A stretch of 64,000 nt of DNA from Heptranchias perlo (lineage: Eukaryota), in the NCBI RefSeq assembly GCF_035084215.1, contig NC_090361.1, positions 3,658,001-3,722,000 on the forward strand. Direction: 5' to 3'. Positions 49,740 through 62,596 of this stretch are shown here, in pieces. Each line of letters begins with the position of its first letter. The first letter of the stretch is position 1. Made by a program: the position numbers and the translations under genes. The notes under the pieces were generated by a model. It saw only the letters and a list, made by a program, of their open reading frames with translations, ran no database searches and was not told the origin of the DNA.

Positions 49740-50055
49740 AGGATGAGACGTTAAACCAAGGCCCCGTCTGCCACTCTCGGGTGGACGTAAAAGATCCCAC
49801 GGCCACTATTTCAAAGAAGAGCAGGGGAATTCTCCCCCGGTGTCCTGGCCAATATTTAGCCCTCAACCAACATCACTAAAAAACAAATTATTTGATCATT
49901 ATCCCATTGCTGTTTCTGGGATCTTGCTCTGCACAATTTTGGCTGCCGCGTTTCCTACATTATAACAGTAACTGCACTTCAAATGTACTTCATTGGCTGT
50001 GGAGCACTTTGGGACGTCCTGAAGTCGTGAAGGGAGCCATATTCTTTCTTTCTTT
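49740..50055 (+). mobile_element. Deu-domain SINE 3' part
   Basis: ggatgagacgttaaaccaaggcc...tail. Confidence 0.8.
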
Positions 50056-50530
50056 AATTTCAGTTTAACACATTTACTGTAACTGAGTTTAAAACCCACT
50101 GTTTTTTGAGACTATGTGCCAGTGGCTTAAGGGAATGGCAGGGCTGCATATGTGGAATTGTTTACTAGAACAAAACTTATCGAGCCAGGAGAAATCTCAG
50201 GCTAAGTATTTCCCAATCCTAGTCATCACTTCCCAGATTTCCATTTGATATGAAATAAACAGAACTCTTGAAATTGCTTTGAGATTTTCGTCAACTGAGC
50301 ACACATTGTATTAAAGCCCTGAGATTGAAACATTTCAGCTTGAAAGCAGTGAACAAGTCGAACCACTTCAGTGTGCTCACTTGCCATGTCCTTCCTTCAT
50401 AACCATCGATGAGCCCAGGGGAGAAGTGAAGACCCATGGTGAGCGAGAAGAGTAACAAGGAAGATGAGATGGATTGAGGACTGGAGATTGGGGTGATACC
50501 AAGTTGAGTTTTGAAAATCCTGTAAGATTG

Positions 50531-50912
50531 TAGGAGGAGAGGGAAGACTGAGAGGAGGAGGAGGAGGAGGAGGGGGAAGAGGAGGAGGAAGGAGAAGACC
50601 GAGAGGAGNNNNNNNNNNNNNNNNNNNNNNNNNNNNNNNNNNNNNNNNNNNNNNNNNNNNNNNNNNNNNNNNNNNNNNNNNNNNNNNNNNNNNNNNNNNN
50701 NNNNNNNNNNNNNNNNNNNNNNNNNNNNNNNNNNNNNNNNNNGGAGGACAGAGAGGAAGAGGAGGAGGAGGAGGGGGAAGACTGAGAGGAGAAGGAGGGG
50801 GAAGACCGAGAGGAGGAGGAGGGGGAAGACCGAGATGAGGAGGAGGAGAAGACCGAGAGGAGAAGGGTGAAGACTGAGAGAGGAGGAGGGGAAGATCGAG
50901 AGAGGAAGGGGA
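50531..50912. repeat. GA-rich low-complexity tandem repeat containing an assembly gap (N, 50609-50742)
   Basis: (GAG)n / GAAGACCGAGAGGAGG units flanking 134 N. Confidence 0.95.
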
Positions 50913-52855
50913 TAAAAATGCATCTTGGATGGTATTACATAGACCGCCCGTCGCACTCTTCACCTGATATTCAGTTCTATTGGTCTCAGTGGAAGTGAAT
51001 GTTGGGAGCGTGGCCTATAACAGGCAGTTGGTGTGTTACCGCCCATCATGTGTCATGGTGTAAGGCAAATTTCTACCCCATAAAGAGTTGGAAAATTGGT
51101 GGTCGTGCTGAGGCAATGAAGGGGTGGACGGGGGAGTGGAAGACAGTGATTGTAAGAACGGGATCTGCAAAGGCCTCTGATCACTGGCACCCAATAGTTT
51201 CTACTTTAGATGCCACATTTTTTTTGCCATAGCAATTTTCCAGCTTTCTGCCGGTTTAAATGAAAGACCATCATTCACTTGACAGTTTACGGTTTTACCG
51301 GATGTTGTGGGACTGAATTCACGGGCAGTTTCTGGCAAGTACCTGTGACCTTACGGCCAACTTCTTGACGGGGACTAAAGGCCTGAGCCTGCCCCTGAAT
51401 CTTTCGGTTAAAGCTCAGGTTTTTGTAACCAGGACCTTTAATCCTAAATCTTTATCAGATCTCCTCGCTCCTCAGGTCAAAAACTATTCCCGAAACGGGG
51501 AATGATTCAGCAATTGCCTGTCGGCCCAGCAAGGATTTATTCCACATCTGTATCCTCATCTTTGATGAAAATATTTAGCTTTTCTGCTTCAGAGCAATGA
51601 GCCTGAGAAAGGGTTTTGCAGTCAACAGACACAAACCCCTGAATCAGGTTCCTCTTAACTGCTTCATCTCATTGACGTTAATGACAAGAAATTGGCTTTC
51701 GTTTTAGTTTTGAAAGGTTGGGGAGCAGTGGGTTAATGAGACAGCTGTTTTATAATCTCTTAACATCTTAACAGTCCGGGGAGATAAATTAATGCATTGT
51801 ACCAACAAAAAGGGCTCAAAGATTCTGCTTTTTAAAAAAAAACTCAGCCCTTGGGCCTCTCAGTTCGGGCACGCACTGGTTGCCTAGCGACGAGTCTGGG
51901 CCTGAAAACTGGCTGAGACTAATTTGCAGGCCTAAGTGGCAGAAAAGTCACCTGGAAACAGAGCAAAGGTTGTAAAGAAACCTCATCCTTATCAAACAGA
52001 TTAGACAAGCAACATTTATCCAGTAAACAAACTCCTCTAAGACAACCAATATTTGTTCCTTTTCATTTCACTTGCCTGATCTTTGTTTTGGGGAAAATCC
52101 AAACCTCAATTACTGAGGATGCCTATAAAAGTTATTTACGTGTCTAACACCTGTTCTTGCATGGAATGAACAGAGATAGCGTCCAAAATCCAAATTGGAA
52201 ACGCATGATCATTGGGTGAGTTCTGAGTTGGCTGAATTAAGAGCAATTTATAGCCCAAAATGACTCCAGAGCTCATTCTTGATGCTGGCTGCCTTTTACA
52301 CAGCCCATAATTTAAAAAAAATGTCTCTTCATCTCCCCCCTGGTTCTTTAGTCAATTACCTTTAAATCTGTGTCCTCTGGTTACTGACCCTTCTGCCACT
52401 GGAAGTCTTAACCCTTGCACAAATCTTAGTGTCATCTGTAAACTTACTGACCATCCAACCATCACCACTGTCCAGGTCATTAATAAAAATGATGAACAGC
52501 AGTGGGCCTAACACCGACTCCTGGAGGACACCACACCTTGAGTCCAGTCTGATCCACAAGCGTTGACCACAACTTTTTGCCTGTGGGATTGGGGCCAATT
52601 CCTAATCCCGGTTTATCAAATTCCCAACTGATATCACAACTACATCAGGAGCGCAGAGATGAGTATAGTTTAATGGCATTCCAAAGGTATCTCCTCAGTT
52701 TTCAGAATTGCCAGATTGTATATTATAAAAAAAGAGCAAATTCAGGAACACTTTGAGTTAAGAATCCTTGCTAAAAGAACTCTTTAATCACACGTCTGCT
52801 TGTTGATACGATATCAGGACAGTAGCCACTAATCTATTCCCACGCTCGTTTTTAG

Positions 52856-53100
52856 AACAACAACAACTTGCATTTATATAGCGCCTTTAACGTAGTAAAA
52901 CGTCCCCAAGGCGCTTCACAGTGATTATCAAACAAAATTTGACACGAGCCGCGTGAGGAGATATTAGGACAGGCGACCAAAAGCTTGGTCAAAGAGGTAG
53001 GTTTTAAGGAGCGTCTTGAAGGGGGAGAGAGAGGCGGAGAGGTTTAGGGAGGGAATTCCAGGATTTAGGGCCTCGGCAGCTGAAAGCATGGCCACCAATG
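52856..53100 (-). mobile_element. L2 3' end
   Basis: aacaacaacttgcatttatatagcgcc...cagctgaa. Confidence 0.8.
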
Positions 53101-53944
53101 GAGGGATGGGAAGTGGCAGCTGGCTGGTGAGTTGGATCGGAATTTCTGATGGCAGAAGGGCACTGACCTGCACCAAAGGAACGGTCCCCGGCGACAAGGT
53201 AAATCGCTGGGAGGGGGTTTTGGGAAGGTGGGGTGAGGGTGGAGCGGGGTGAGCTTGGGGCATGGGAGGCCTAAAGTTTCCTTGCAGATCCCTGAGGAGC
53301 GCTGGCCAGAAAAACGGGATTTCGGCCGCACCTAAGGTGAGGCGGCAGAACGGGAGCAGATCGGAGAACGTTCCTCGGCCATCGTTTTGCACCTCTCCCT
53401 CTTCAAGAGGCACTAGTTTTGGGAAGGGGGGAGGGAGAATATTTCCCCTACCTTTTGTGAGATCATAAACGCAGCGGAAAGTGTCCATCCGATCACTACC
53501 TCCAGTCAAACCGTAAATACCTTTTGCTAAAATGTAGTAAATCCGATCTTTTATATTTACGATCTCGTTAACACATGGTGATCAGTGAAAACCTTTTACG
53601 TAGACCAGTGCAATACTGCCGTTTCTAATTGTCCAAGGTTACTGTTTGCAGTTACAGTCTACTTAGACCCAGTTGGGAGAACAGATCTTATTTGATTTAC
53701 ACGACTCATCACATCTGGTGTCTGAGTTAAAGAAGCTCTGGGACAGGTAATTTCCATTCAATTGTCTGTCGAGTGACAGCATCTAATAGGGTGAATGAGA
53801 GGGCATCGGCTGGCACTGCACTCTCCAATGGCTTGGCACTGATGCCATCTGACCTGGTTACTGTCATTTTTGGAGCAGGCCAGCCAGGACCAAAGCTGAA
53901 GAGCTAGCTTGTAAATAAAGGTCTTTGCTCTTTATTGGAAACTG

Positions 53945-54830
53945 GGCAAGGTAATCGGCAAAAGAACCAGAGGCGATATGAGGAAAACGTTTTTTTACGC
54001 AAATTGGATAAATAATTGAAAGGGAAACATTTGCAGGGCTATGGGGAAAGAGCAGGGCAGTGGGACTAATTGGATAGCTCTTTCAAAGAGCCGGCACAGG
54101 CAGGATGGGCTGAATGGCCTCCTTCGTGCTACATTATTCTATGATTCTAAGATGACCCAATGCCACGGTTAGATTCAGACTCTTCAGATTTTTTTGACCT
54201 GTTTTTAAGGACCGTACTTAACATTATCAAAAATGTGGACATACATTGAATTGGAGCCAATGTGGGATTGTGCTGGCTCTTTGAAAGAGCTATCCAATTA
54301 GTCCCACTCCCCCTGCTCTTTCCCCCATAGCCCTGCACATTTATTCCTTTTCAAGTATTTGTCCAATTCCCTTTTGAAAGTTACTATTGAATCTGCTTCC
54401 TCCGCCCTTTCAGGCAGTTCACTCCCATTGCGTCCCAGCCCTCTGCTGCTGCCGCTGTCTGGAATCATGAGCACCCACATCGAGTGCCAGCAAGAGGACG
54501 TTAATAAGACCAAGACTGTGAGAGCAGCAACGGACAGGAACGTTTCCTCAAAAATGCGTAACCTCTTTTAACTGGGGGCCATAAATATGAGATAGTCACT
54601 AATAAATCCAATAGGGAATTCAGGAGAAACTTCTTTACCCAGAGAGTGGTGAGAATGTGGAACTCGCTACAAGGAATACCATGGATGTATTTAAGGGGGA
54701 GCTGGATAAACACATGGTTATGGTGACAGGGTGAGATGAAGTAGGTTGGGAGGAGGCTTGTTTGGAGCATAAACACCGGCATAGACCAGTTGGGCCGAAT
54801 GGCCTGTTTCTGTGTTGTTAATTCTGTGTA
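53945..54830. mobile_element. Cluster of CR1 3' fragments (53945-54148 +, 54270-54417 -, 54570-54830 +)
   Basis: CR1 tail motifs; unique island 54418-54570 lies between them. Confidence 0.75.
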
Positions 54831-55689
54831 AGGTTATGGGTTCAAGCCTTACTCCAGACACTTAAGCACATCATCTAGGCTGGCACAGACACGATAGGTT
54901 AAATATCCCCCTTCTGCGCTGCAAGGTTGTTTGGTGCTGAGGGAGTGCTGCACTGTCGGGAGAGCCACCTTTCGGGTGAGACGATAAACTGAGGCCTCCT
55001 CTGACAGTTCAGGTGAATCTAAAAATCCCACCGCGCTGTTTGAAGAAGAGTCCTCCCAGTGTCCAGGCCCAACACTTCACCCTCAACAAATGGCCAAAAG
55101 CCAGAATACTAAAAGCTATCCAGAGTCTTTTACCCAAACGGTTCTCTTTTTTTCTGTGAATCTACCCGATCTCCCTGGGAACCAGCCAATCTCTCTCCTG
55201 ATGCTTTGGAATTTCAAATTTTTTTACAAGGTTACAATATGATGCATGAGACTGATTGAAAACAAGTTTAAGGCTCCACGCAGTCTCCAACAACCGATGC
55301 CTGTACGTGTTTTGTTTTAATAAAGTTAATGGCAGACGGTCTGGCATCAGTCAGTCGGTGATAATGTGGGTCCTGTATGTTCTTGTTCTAGCACTTTCTT
55401 TGACCTGCATTAATGGTAAACCCAGACTTCAAATGGTTTGTGTTCCATGCAGACAACACTCCTCCAGTATTCAGTTCCTGGCACAAAGTCCTATTTATAA
55501 TCTTGTCATCTAGATATTGGATACAAGTTTCAAAATGGATGGGTTTCAATTTAATAACAGCAGCCAGTAACTGTTATCAGCCTTCAGTCAGTAGGTGTCC
55601 TATTCCTCACTACTGCTGCCTGATGTGTAATAGAAATTGGGAAAGTCCTTATAGGAGGGTTCAGTATATAATTCCTTAAGCTAGTTTGT

Positions 55690-56128
55690 AACATTGGCTC
55701 CCAGTCTGGCAACGCCTCCATTTTAAAATTCTCGTGCTTGTTTTCAAATCCCTCCATGGCCTCGCCCCCCTCCCTATCTCTATAACCTCCTCCAGCCCTA
55801 CAACCCTCCGAGATCTCTGCACTCCTCCAATTCTGGCCTCTTGCGCATCCCCGATTTTCATCGCTCCACCATTGGCGGCCGTGCCTTCAGCTGCCTAGGC
55901 CCTAAGCTCTGGAATTCCCTCCCTAAACCTCTCCGCCTCTCTCCATCTCTCTCCTCCTTTAAGACGCTCCTTAAAACCTACCTTTTTGACCAAGCTTTTG
56001 GTCACCTGTCCTAATATCTCCTTATGTGGCTCGGTGTCAAATTTTGTTTCATAAACGCTCCTGTGAAGTGCCTTGGGGACGTTTTACTACGTTAAAGGTG
56101 CTGTATAAATGCAAGTGGTTGTTGTTGT
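55690..56128 (+). mobile_element. L2 LINE 3' fragment
   Basis: HWLPVWQRLHFKILVLVFKSLHGLAP plus 3' UTR and tail. Confidence 0.88.
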
Positions 56129-56707
56129 CCAAACTGACCGGTTTTCTGTGTGTCACTGACTGTCTCTCACTTTGATGAGAGATATAAACTAACTTGACGG
56201 GGCCGTAACTTTGTGAAAAAGTTGCTTGGCAAACGCTTGCTTTCCCAGTTTTCCCTCCTCCTTTCCCGAAGGTGCCAACTCGGCGCTGGGCATCGGAAGC
56301 ATCGGCAACAGCAGTTGCCCCAAGTTGCCGTTCTTCACGAGTGACACTAGGCAACGAGTCCTGCATTTTAATGCCGCTGGCAACTCATTTTAATGGGTTA
56401 CTTGGCAACGTGAAAATAACAAGAATCGGAAAATCTAGACATCGGCAGACTATTAGACTGTGGAGGGCGTCACGACTGTGTCTAATGCTCCCCCACCCTT
56501 CAATGATTGGGGGCTCTCGGCGGGGACCTTTGCCCACAGAGAGTGCTGGTCGGAAAACGTAGGCCCATAGCCTCTGCTAGGCAGAAGAATCGGGGTCTGC
56601 TGGCCACAATTTCCTGACTCGCACTCCTCGCCGGGAGCAACTGATCAGGATATCACCCTCCTTACATGCCCTTCAAAGCAGGAGTCAAGGGAATGGGAGT
56701 GAGATAT

Positions 56708-57051
56708 GGAGTGGGATCCCACTCGTGGAGTGAGTTTCCTGGCTGATCTGGAGTGGGATCTTGGAGTGAATTTCCTGTTTGATCTGGAGTGGGATCTTGG
56801 AGTGAATTTCCTGTTTGATCTGGAGTGGGATCTCGGAGTGAATTTCCTGGCTGATCTGGAGTGGGATCTTGGAGTGAATTTCCTGTTTGATCTGGAGTGG
56901 GATCTCGGAGTGAATTTCCTGTTTGATCTGGAGTGGGATCTCGGAGTGAAATTCCTGTCTGATCTGGAGTGGGATCCTGGAGTGAATTTCCTGTCTGATC
57001 TGGAGTGGGATCCTGGAGTGAGTTTCCTGGCTGATCTGGAGTGGGATCTCA
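56708..57051. repeat. 36-bp minisatellite, about 9.5 copies
   Basis: Unit TGATCTGGAGTGGGATC(T/C)(T/C)GGAGTGAATTTCCTG(G/T)(C/T). Confidence 0.95.
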
Positions 57052-57839
57052 CTCCACATCCGACCTGGGACGTGTGGGGTCTGTAGGACTGACCTTCCCA
57101 CTGGGCAGTGTGCCCACTAACTGAGCTAGCTGGGAGACCCACTTTAAGCAACTGCATCCGGCTGTAGTTGGGGATGGCAGGGTGGTCAGGGTCGGATCTG
57201 AGACAATGCAGCCAAAGGATTGCCGGGCCTCTGTTACAAGATGAATCAGAGTGAGAATATCAGTGAGACAGGATCAACAAGCTGGCAAACTCTTCAATAT
57301 CATAGCCACTTAACTGGTAAGAACAATTATCCTTGTTAATTGAGACTGTTAATGTATTGGAGATGGTTGGGAGAACCAGGCTGTAATGTGATCTCAGTTC
57401 TAATATCCAGAAACCACTTCACTTTCTGATATTATCACCCACTCACCAACCAGAATTCTATACCTCATTAAATTAGTGAAATTCCACAGTCATTTTTTCC
57501 GGTTTCATCAATGTGATTGTAATTCTTGAGAAATGAAATATTTTATGAATTGTGTTACAACTAATGCAGCCTGAGATGGAAGTTTTATGGACATTTTTCT
57601 CATTGCTTCTTTTGATAAACTGAAGTCTGGGTATTGTGTGTCGGGCCCTCTGCTGATTTATAATTAGAATTTCTTTTCAAAGTTTCTGAGCTTGGGTGTT
57701 CTACCACTTAACTCTTAACTGCTCGCCCTGATCTGTTCAGTCCTCTCTACAATTGCCCCATGTGAAGTGCGTAAATTCTTAATAACAAGAATGTCCAAAA
57801 TAAACTGAGAGGGCGATGACGATATCTCAACACTAGAAA

Positions 57840-58435
57840 TGTGGCTCAGTGGGTAGCACTCGTGCCTCTGAGCAGAACGGTCATGGGTTCAAGCCCCACT
57901 CCAGACACTTGAGCACCTAATCTAGGCTAATATCGATAGATTTCTAGATGATCAAGGGATATGGGGATGGTGCAGGAAAATGGCGTTGAGGTAGAAGATC
58001 AGCTGTGATCTTGTTGAATGGCGGAGCAGGCTCGAGGGGCCGGATGGCCTGCTCCTATTGCTTATGTTTTTAACACTTCAGTGCAGTACTGTGGGAGTTC
58101 CACACTGTCGGAGGTGCCGTCTTTCGGATGAGACATTAATCCGAGGCCTTGTCTGCCGTCTCAGGTGGACGTAAAATATCCCATGGCACTATTCGAAGAA
58201 GAGCAGGGGAGTTCTTGGTGTCCTGGGCCAATATTTATCCCTCGACCAACATCACTAAAACAGATTATCTGCTCATTTATCTCATTGCTGTTTGTGGGAT
58301 CTTGCTGTGTGCAAATTGGCTGCCGTGTCTCCTACATTACAACAGTGACTACACTTCAAAAGTACTTCGTTGGCTGTAAAGTGCTTTGGGACGTCCTGAA
58401 AGTCGTGAAGGGTGTGATATAATTGCAAGTTCTTT
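57840..58435 (+). mobile_element. Deu-domain SINE with nested CR1 tail (about 57930-58070)
   Basis: A box tggctcagtgg, B box ggttcaagccc; the SINE resumes at acacttcagtgcagtact. Confidence 0.85.
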
Positions 58436-58882
58436 CAATAGAAGGAAAGAATTTGCATTTCCACAGGGCCTTATCACGTCCTCAGGACGTCCAAAAGTGC
58501 TTCCCCTCCCCACGCCAGTGCAGTGCTGAGAGAGGTGTCGATCTTCGACCTCAACTCCACTTTCCCGCCCGATCCCCGTATCCCTTGATTCCCTCGGTGT
58601 CCAAAAATCTAGCAATCTCAGTCTTGAACATACTCGACAACTGAGCATCCACAGCCCTCTGGGGTAGACAATTCCAAAGATTCACAACCCACTGAATGAA
58701 GAAATATTTCCTCATCTCGGTCCTAAATGGCCGACCTCTTATCTTGAGACAATGAGGTTTGTGTGAGTCCAGACTACGTAAGAAGCAGGGGTCAAAACTA
58801 TCATTTTCTGCATTGACCGCCCTCCACCTTCAACTTTATGGGACAAATGGTAACTTCCTACCACATACGGAAGACCCTTACT

Positions 58883-59261
58883 TAGGGTTGCCAACTCTGG
58901 GTGTATTCCTGGAGGTTTCATCACATGACCTCCCGCCTCAAACTGCCCCACCCCCACACTCCCGCCATTTGTCCGTCCTCCAGGCACCACTGCCTTCCCA
59001 CGGCCAATTGGAAAGTGAACAGACTCTTTGTTACCCAATTGGATGAATCTTGACTGTTGGTGAAACAGCCTTTTTTTCCCTCACCTCCAATATTTTTAGA
59101 ACTAATAAAAATGTATAAAGAAAATGATATAAAAACCACACCTCATTTTGTTTAAAGCCCCCTGTGATTTTTCTCCCAGGGTTTGTTTGAAGCAGTGTCC
59201 TGGAGATTGATCTTCCGATTCCTGGAGCCTCCAGGACAATCCTGGAGGGTTGGCAACAATG
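58883..59261 (+). mobile_element. hAT MITE, same family as 17048-17394
   Basis: TIRs TAGGGTTGCCAAC / GTTGGCAACaatg; perfect 8-bp TSD CCCTTACT at 58875-58882 and 59262-59269. Confidence 0.88.
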
Positions 59262-59609
59262 CCCTTACTCTGCCCCCCCCCTCCCCCAGGTTACTGGAGT
59301 ATATTCTCACTGCAATTCCTCTAGTCCACAATACCGATGAGGAGAAAGCAGATGAGGAACTAGGAAAAAGTGGAATCTGTGGGAAAATCTTCAGCCGGCA
59401 GAGGAACGGGAAACAGACTCTTGTGAGCGAACAGCTTCCCCTTGTAATTCAGAAAGGGCTTTAGTGCAAGCTAAGGTTAAGTAGAGTAGGAGTGGGAAAA
59501 AACAAATAATGCCATTTATATCTCTTTAAGTCGTAAACTTTTCAAGGAACTTCACCAGAGGTAAACATTGATTCCAACTGGGAGCAGAGGGAGAATGAGG
59601 AGGAGGAGT

Positions 59610-60040
59610 TCATAGAATCTTACAGCATAGAAGGAGGCCATTCAGCCCATTGTGCCTGTGCCGGCTCTTTGTAAGCACTATCCAATTTCTCCTGCTCTTT
59701 CCCCGTAGCCCTGCACATTTTTTCTTTTCAAGTGTTTATCCAATTCCCTTTTGAAAGTTATTATTGAATCTGCTTCCACCGCCCTTTCAGGCAGCGCATT
59801 CCAGATCATAACAACTCGCTGCGTAAAAAAAATTCTCCTCATCTCCCCCCTGGTTCTTTTGCCAATTATCTTAAATCTGTGTCCTCTGGTTACCGACCCT
59901 CCTGCCAGTGGAAACAGTTTCTCCTTATTTATTCTATCAAAACCCTTCATGATTTTGAACACCTCGATTAAATCTCCCCTTGTCGTCTTCTGTTTTAAGG
60001 AGAACAATCCCAGCTTCTCCTGCCTCTCCACATAACTGAA
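59610..60040 (-). mobile_element. CR1 3' fragment
   Basis: RGDLIEVFKIMKGFDRINKEKLFPL...WNALPERAVEA. Confidence 0.88.
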
Positions 60041-60049
60041 GTTCCTCCT

Positions 60050-60935
60050 GTGCAGTGCTGAGGGAGTGCTGCTCTGTCGGAGGTGCTGTCTTTCAGATGA
60101 GATGTTAAACCGAGGCCCCGTCTGCCCTCTCAAGTGGATGTAAAAGATCCCATGGCATTATTCGTAGAAGAGCAGGGGAGTTCTCCTTTATAAAACGCTG
60201 GTTCGGCCACACCTGGGCACCGCACTTTAGGAAGGATGTCAAGGCCTTAGAGAGGGTGCAGAAAGGATTTACTAGAATGATTCCAGGGATGAGAGACTTC
60301 AGTTATGTGGATAGACTGGAGAAGCTGGGGTTGTTCTCCTTAGAGCAGAGAAGGTTGAGAGGAGATTTGATAGAGGTGTTCAAAATCATGAAGGGTTTAG
60401 ATAGAGTAAATAAAGAGAAACTGTTCCCATTGGCAGAAGGGTTGAGAACTAGAGGACACAGATTTAAGGTGATTGGCCAAAGAACCAAAGGCAACATGAG
60501 GAAAAACAGCGATTTGTAATGATCTGGAATACGCTGCATGAAAGGGCGGTGGAAGCAAATTTAATCGTGGCTTTCAAAAAGGAGTTGAATCAATACTTGA
60601 AGGGAAAAAATGTGCAGGGCTATGGGGAAAGAGCGGGGGAGTGGGACTAATTGGATTGCTCTTACAAAGAGCCAGCACGGGCTCAATGGGCCGAATGGCC
60701 TCCTACTGTGCTGTAACCATTCTATGATTCAATGAGTCCTGAGCCAATGTTTATCCCTCAACCAACATCACTAAAACAGATGATCTGGTCATTATCACAT
60801 TGCTGTTTGTGGGATCTTGCTGTGCGCAAATTGGCTGCCGCATTTCCCTACATTACACTTCAAAAATACTTCATTGGCTGTAAAGTGCTTTCAGACGTCC
60901 TGAAGTTGTCAAAGGTGCTATATAAATCCAAGTCC
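60050..60935 (+). mobile_element. Deu-domain SINE with nested CR1 fragment (60186-60731)
   Basis: The SINE breaks after gagttctcc and resumes at gtcctgagccaatgttt; the insert encodes RMIPGMRDFSYVDRLEKLGLFSLEQRRLRG. Confidence 0.85.
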
Positions 60936-61179
60936 TGTAAAACCTTCCCTAAAACCCATTTTTTGATTACCCTCTGTGAAGCTCCTTGGGTCATTTTTCT
61001 ATGTTGAAGGAACTAAATCAATGCAAGTCGATGTTGCTTCCCTGCATTGTTTCTAATGATCAGTGGCTGCTCCACCCAATGGTAGTAAGTGGGTTCACAC
61101 TCACTATTAGAGGGAAAATCAGAAGACTATTTAACCGAGGCCATTATCATCAATGACGACAATGACAACTACTACTGCT

Positions 61180-61470
61180 ACTTTAACATAGTAAAACATC
61201 CCAAGACACTTCACAGGAGCGTTTTCACATCAAATTTGACCCCGAGCCACATAAGGAGACATTAGGACAGGTGACCAAAAGCTTGGTCAAAGAGGTAGGT
61301 TTTAAGGAGCGTCTTAAAGGAGGAGAGAGAGGCAGTGAGCTTAGGGCCTAGGCAGCTGAAGGCATGATGGAGCGATTAAAATCGGGGGATGCGCAAGAGG
61401 CAAGAATTGGAAGGCCGCAGAGATCTCGGAGGGTTGTAGGGCTGGAGGAGGTCACAGAGATAGGGAGGGA
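61180..61470 (-). mobile_element. L2 3' fragment
   Basis: Matches 48853-49308. Confidence 0.8.
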
Positions 61471-62127
61471 TATCATAGCTGATTATGGAGTTGCAATAGC
61501 AGAGAGTTAGCTGCAGATTGTCTGGCTATTCTCTTGGTGCAGCAATGGTGTTCTGGGGGTTGGTGGGCGGAGGGAGGGGTTTGCGATTGGGGGACTACAG
61601 AGTTGCAGGAAATTTAAGCGTAGGGAAGGAATCGTTGCTTAATGTAAAATCGTACGTTACTTCATACTGCCACACTATACATTGAAAGGAAGGAGAACTG
61701 GGTGGTGAGTGAGTAAGTCTTTTCCCACTCTGGGGCCTAGGTTCAGAATGATGGAATGAAAATGTTGTCTCTGTTGGTTTAAGGGACCTAAATGAAATGA
61801 TTCTGGGCAGTTGTTGGAGGGGATGAGTCCTTTGCTGTATAAATAACCCAAGCTTAGCAAGTTCCTCAATCTGGTAATTTTGGGCAGGGAGGCCACGGGA
61901 GGTGAAACCAGTGCAATTGCGGGTGCTTTAAGATTAAGGCCTGTTTTTTGGGGACAGAATAAATGGTGCTTTACTTTGCATCTAACCCATGTTATACACG
62001 ACTTGGGAGTGCTTGATACTGACACTGGGGGCAAAAAAAGTACCACCAAATGTCTCCTTAAGCAGCACAGATGAACACAGCCAGTGCACAAACTGTGACA
62101 TCCACCAAGAAAACTGGCAAGGCATGT

Positions 62128-62596
62128 AAAAGAAGGAAAGAACTTGCATTTATATAGCACCTTTCACGACCTCAGGACATCTCAAGCCCTTTACAGCCAA
62201 TGAAGTACTTTTGAAGTGCAGTCACTGTTGTAATGTAGGAAATGGGGCAGCCAATTTGCGCACAGCAAGATCCCACAAACAGCAATGTGATAATGACCAC
62301 ATAATCTGCTTTAGTGATGTTGGTTGAGGGATAAATATTGGCCTGGACACTGGGGAAAACTCCCCTGTTCTTCTTCGAAATAGCGCCAAGTGATCTTTTA
62401 CGTCCACCTGAGGGGGCAGACGGGGCCTCAGCTTAACATCTCATCTGAAAGACGGTACCTCCGGCAGTGCAGCACTCCCTCAGTACTGGCACTGGGAGTG
62501 TCGGCCTGGATCCTTGGCTCAAGTCTCAAGTGCGGGGCTCGAACCCACATCCTTCTGACTCAGACGAGAGTGCGACCCACTGAGCCACAGCTGACA
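62128..62596 (-). mobile_element. Deu-domain tRNA-derived SINE, full length with intact Pol III boxes
   Basis: Minus-strand head TGTCAGCTG-TGGCTCAGTGG (A box)...GGTTCGAGCCC (B box), then Deu core and L2-like tail. Confidence 0.9.

Noticed and set aside
56645-57157. RS-rich and other repetitive ORFs
   Set aside because: Translations of the 36-bp minisatellite.
62520-62596. tRNA gene
   Set aside because: The A and B boxes belong to the tRNA-derived head of the DeuSINE and continue into the SINE core.
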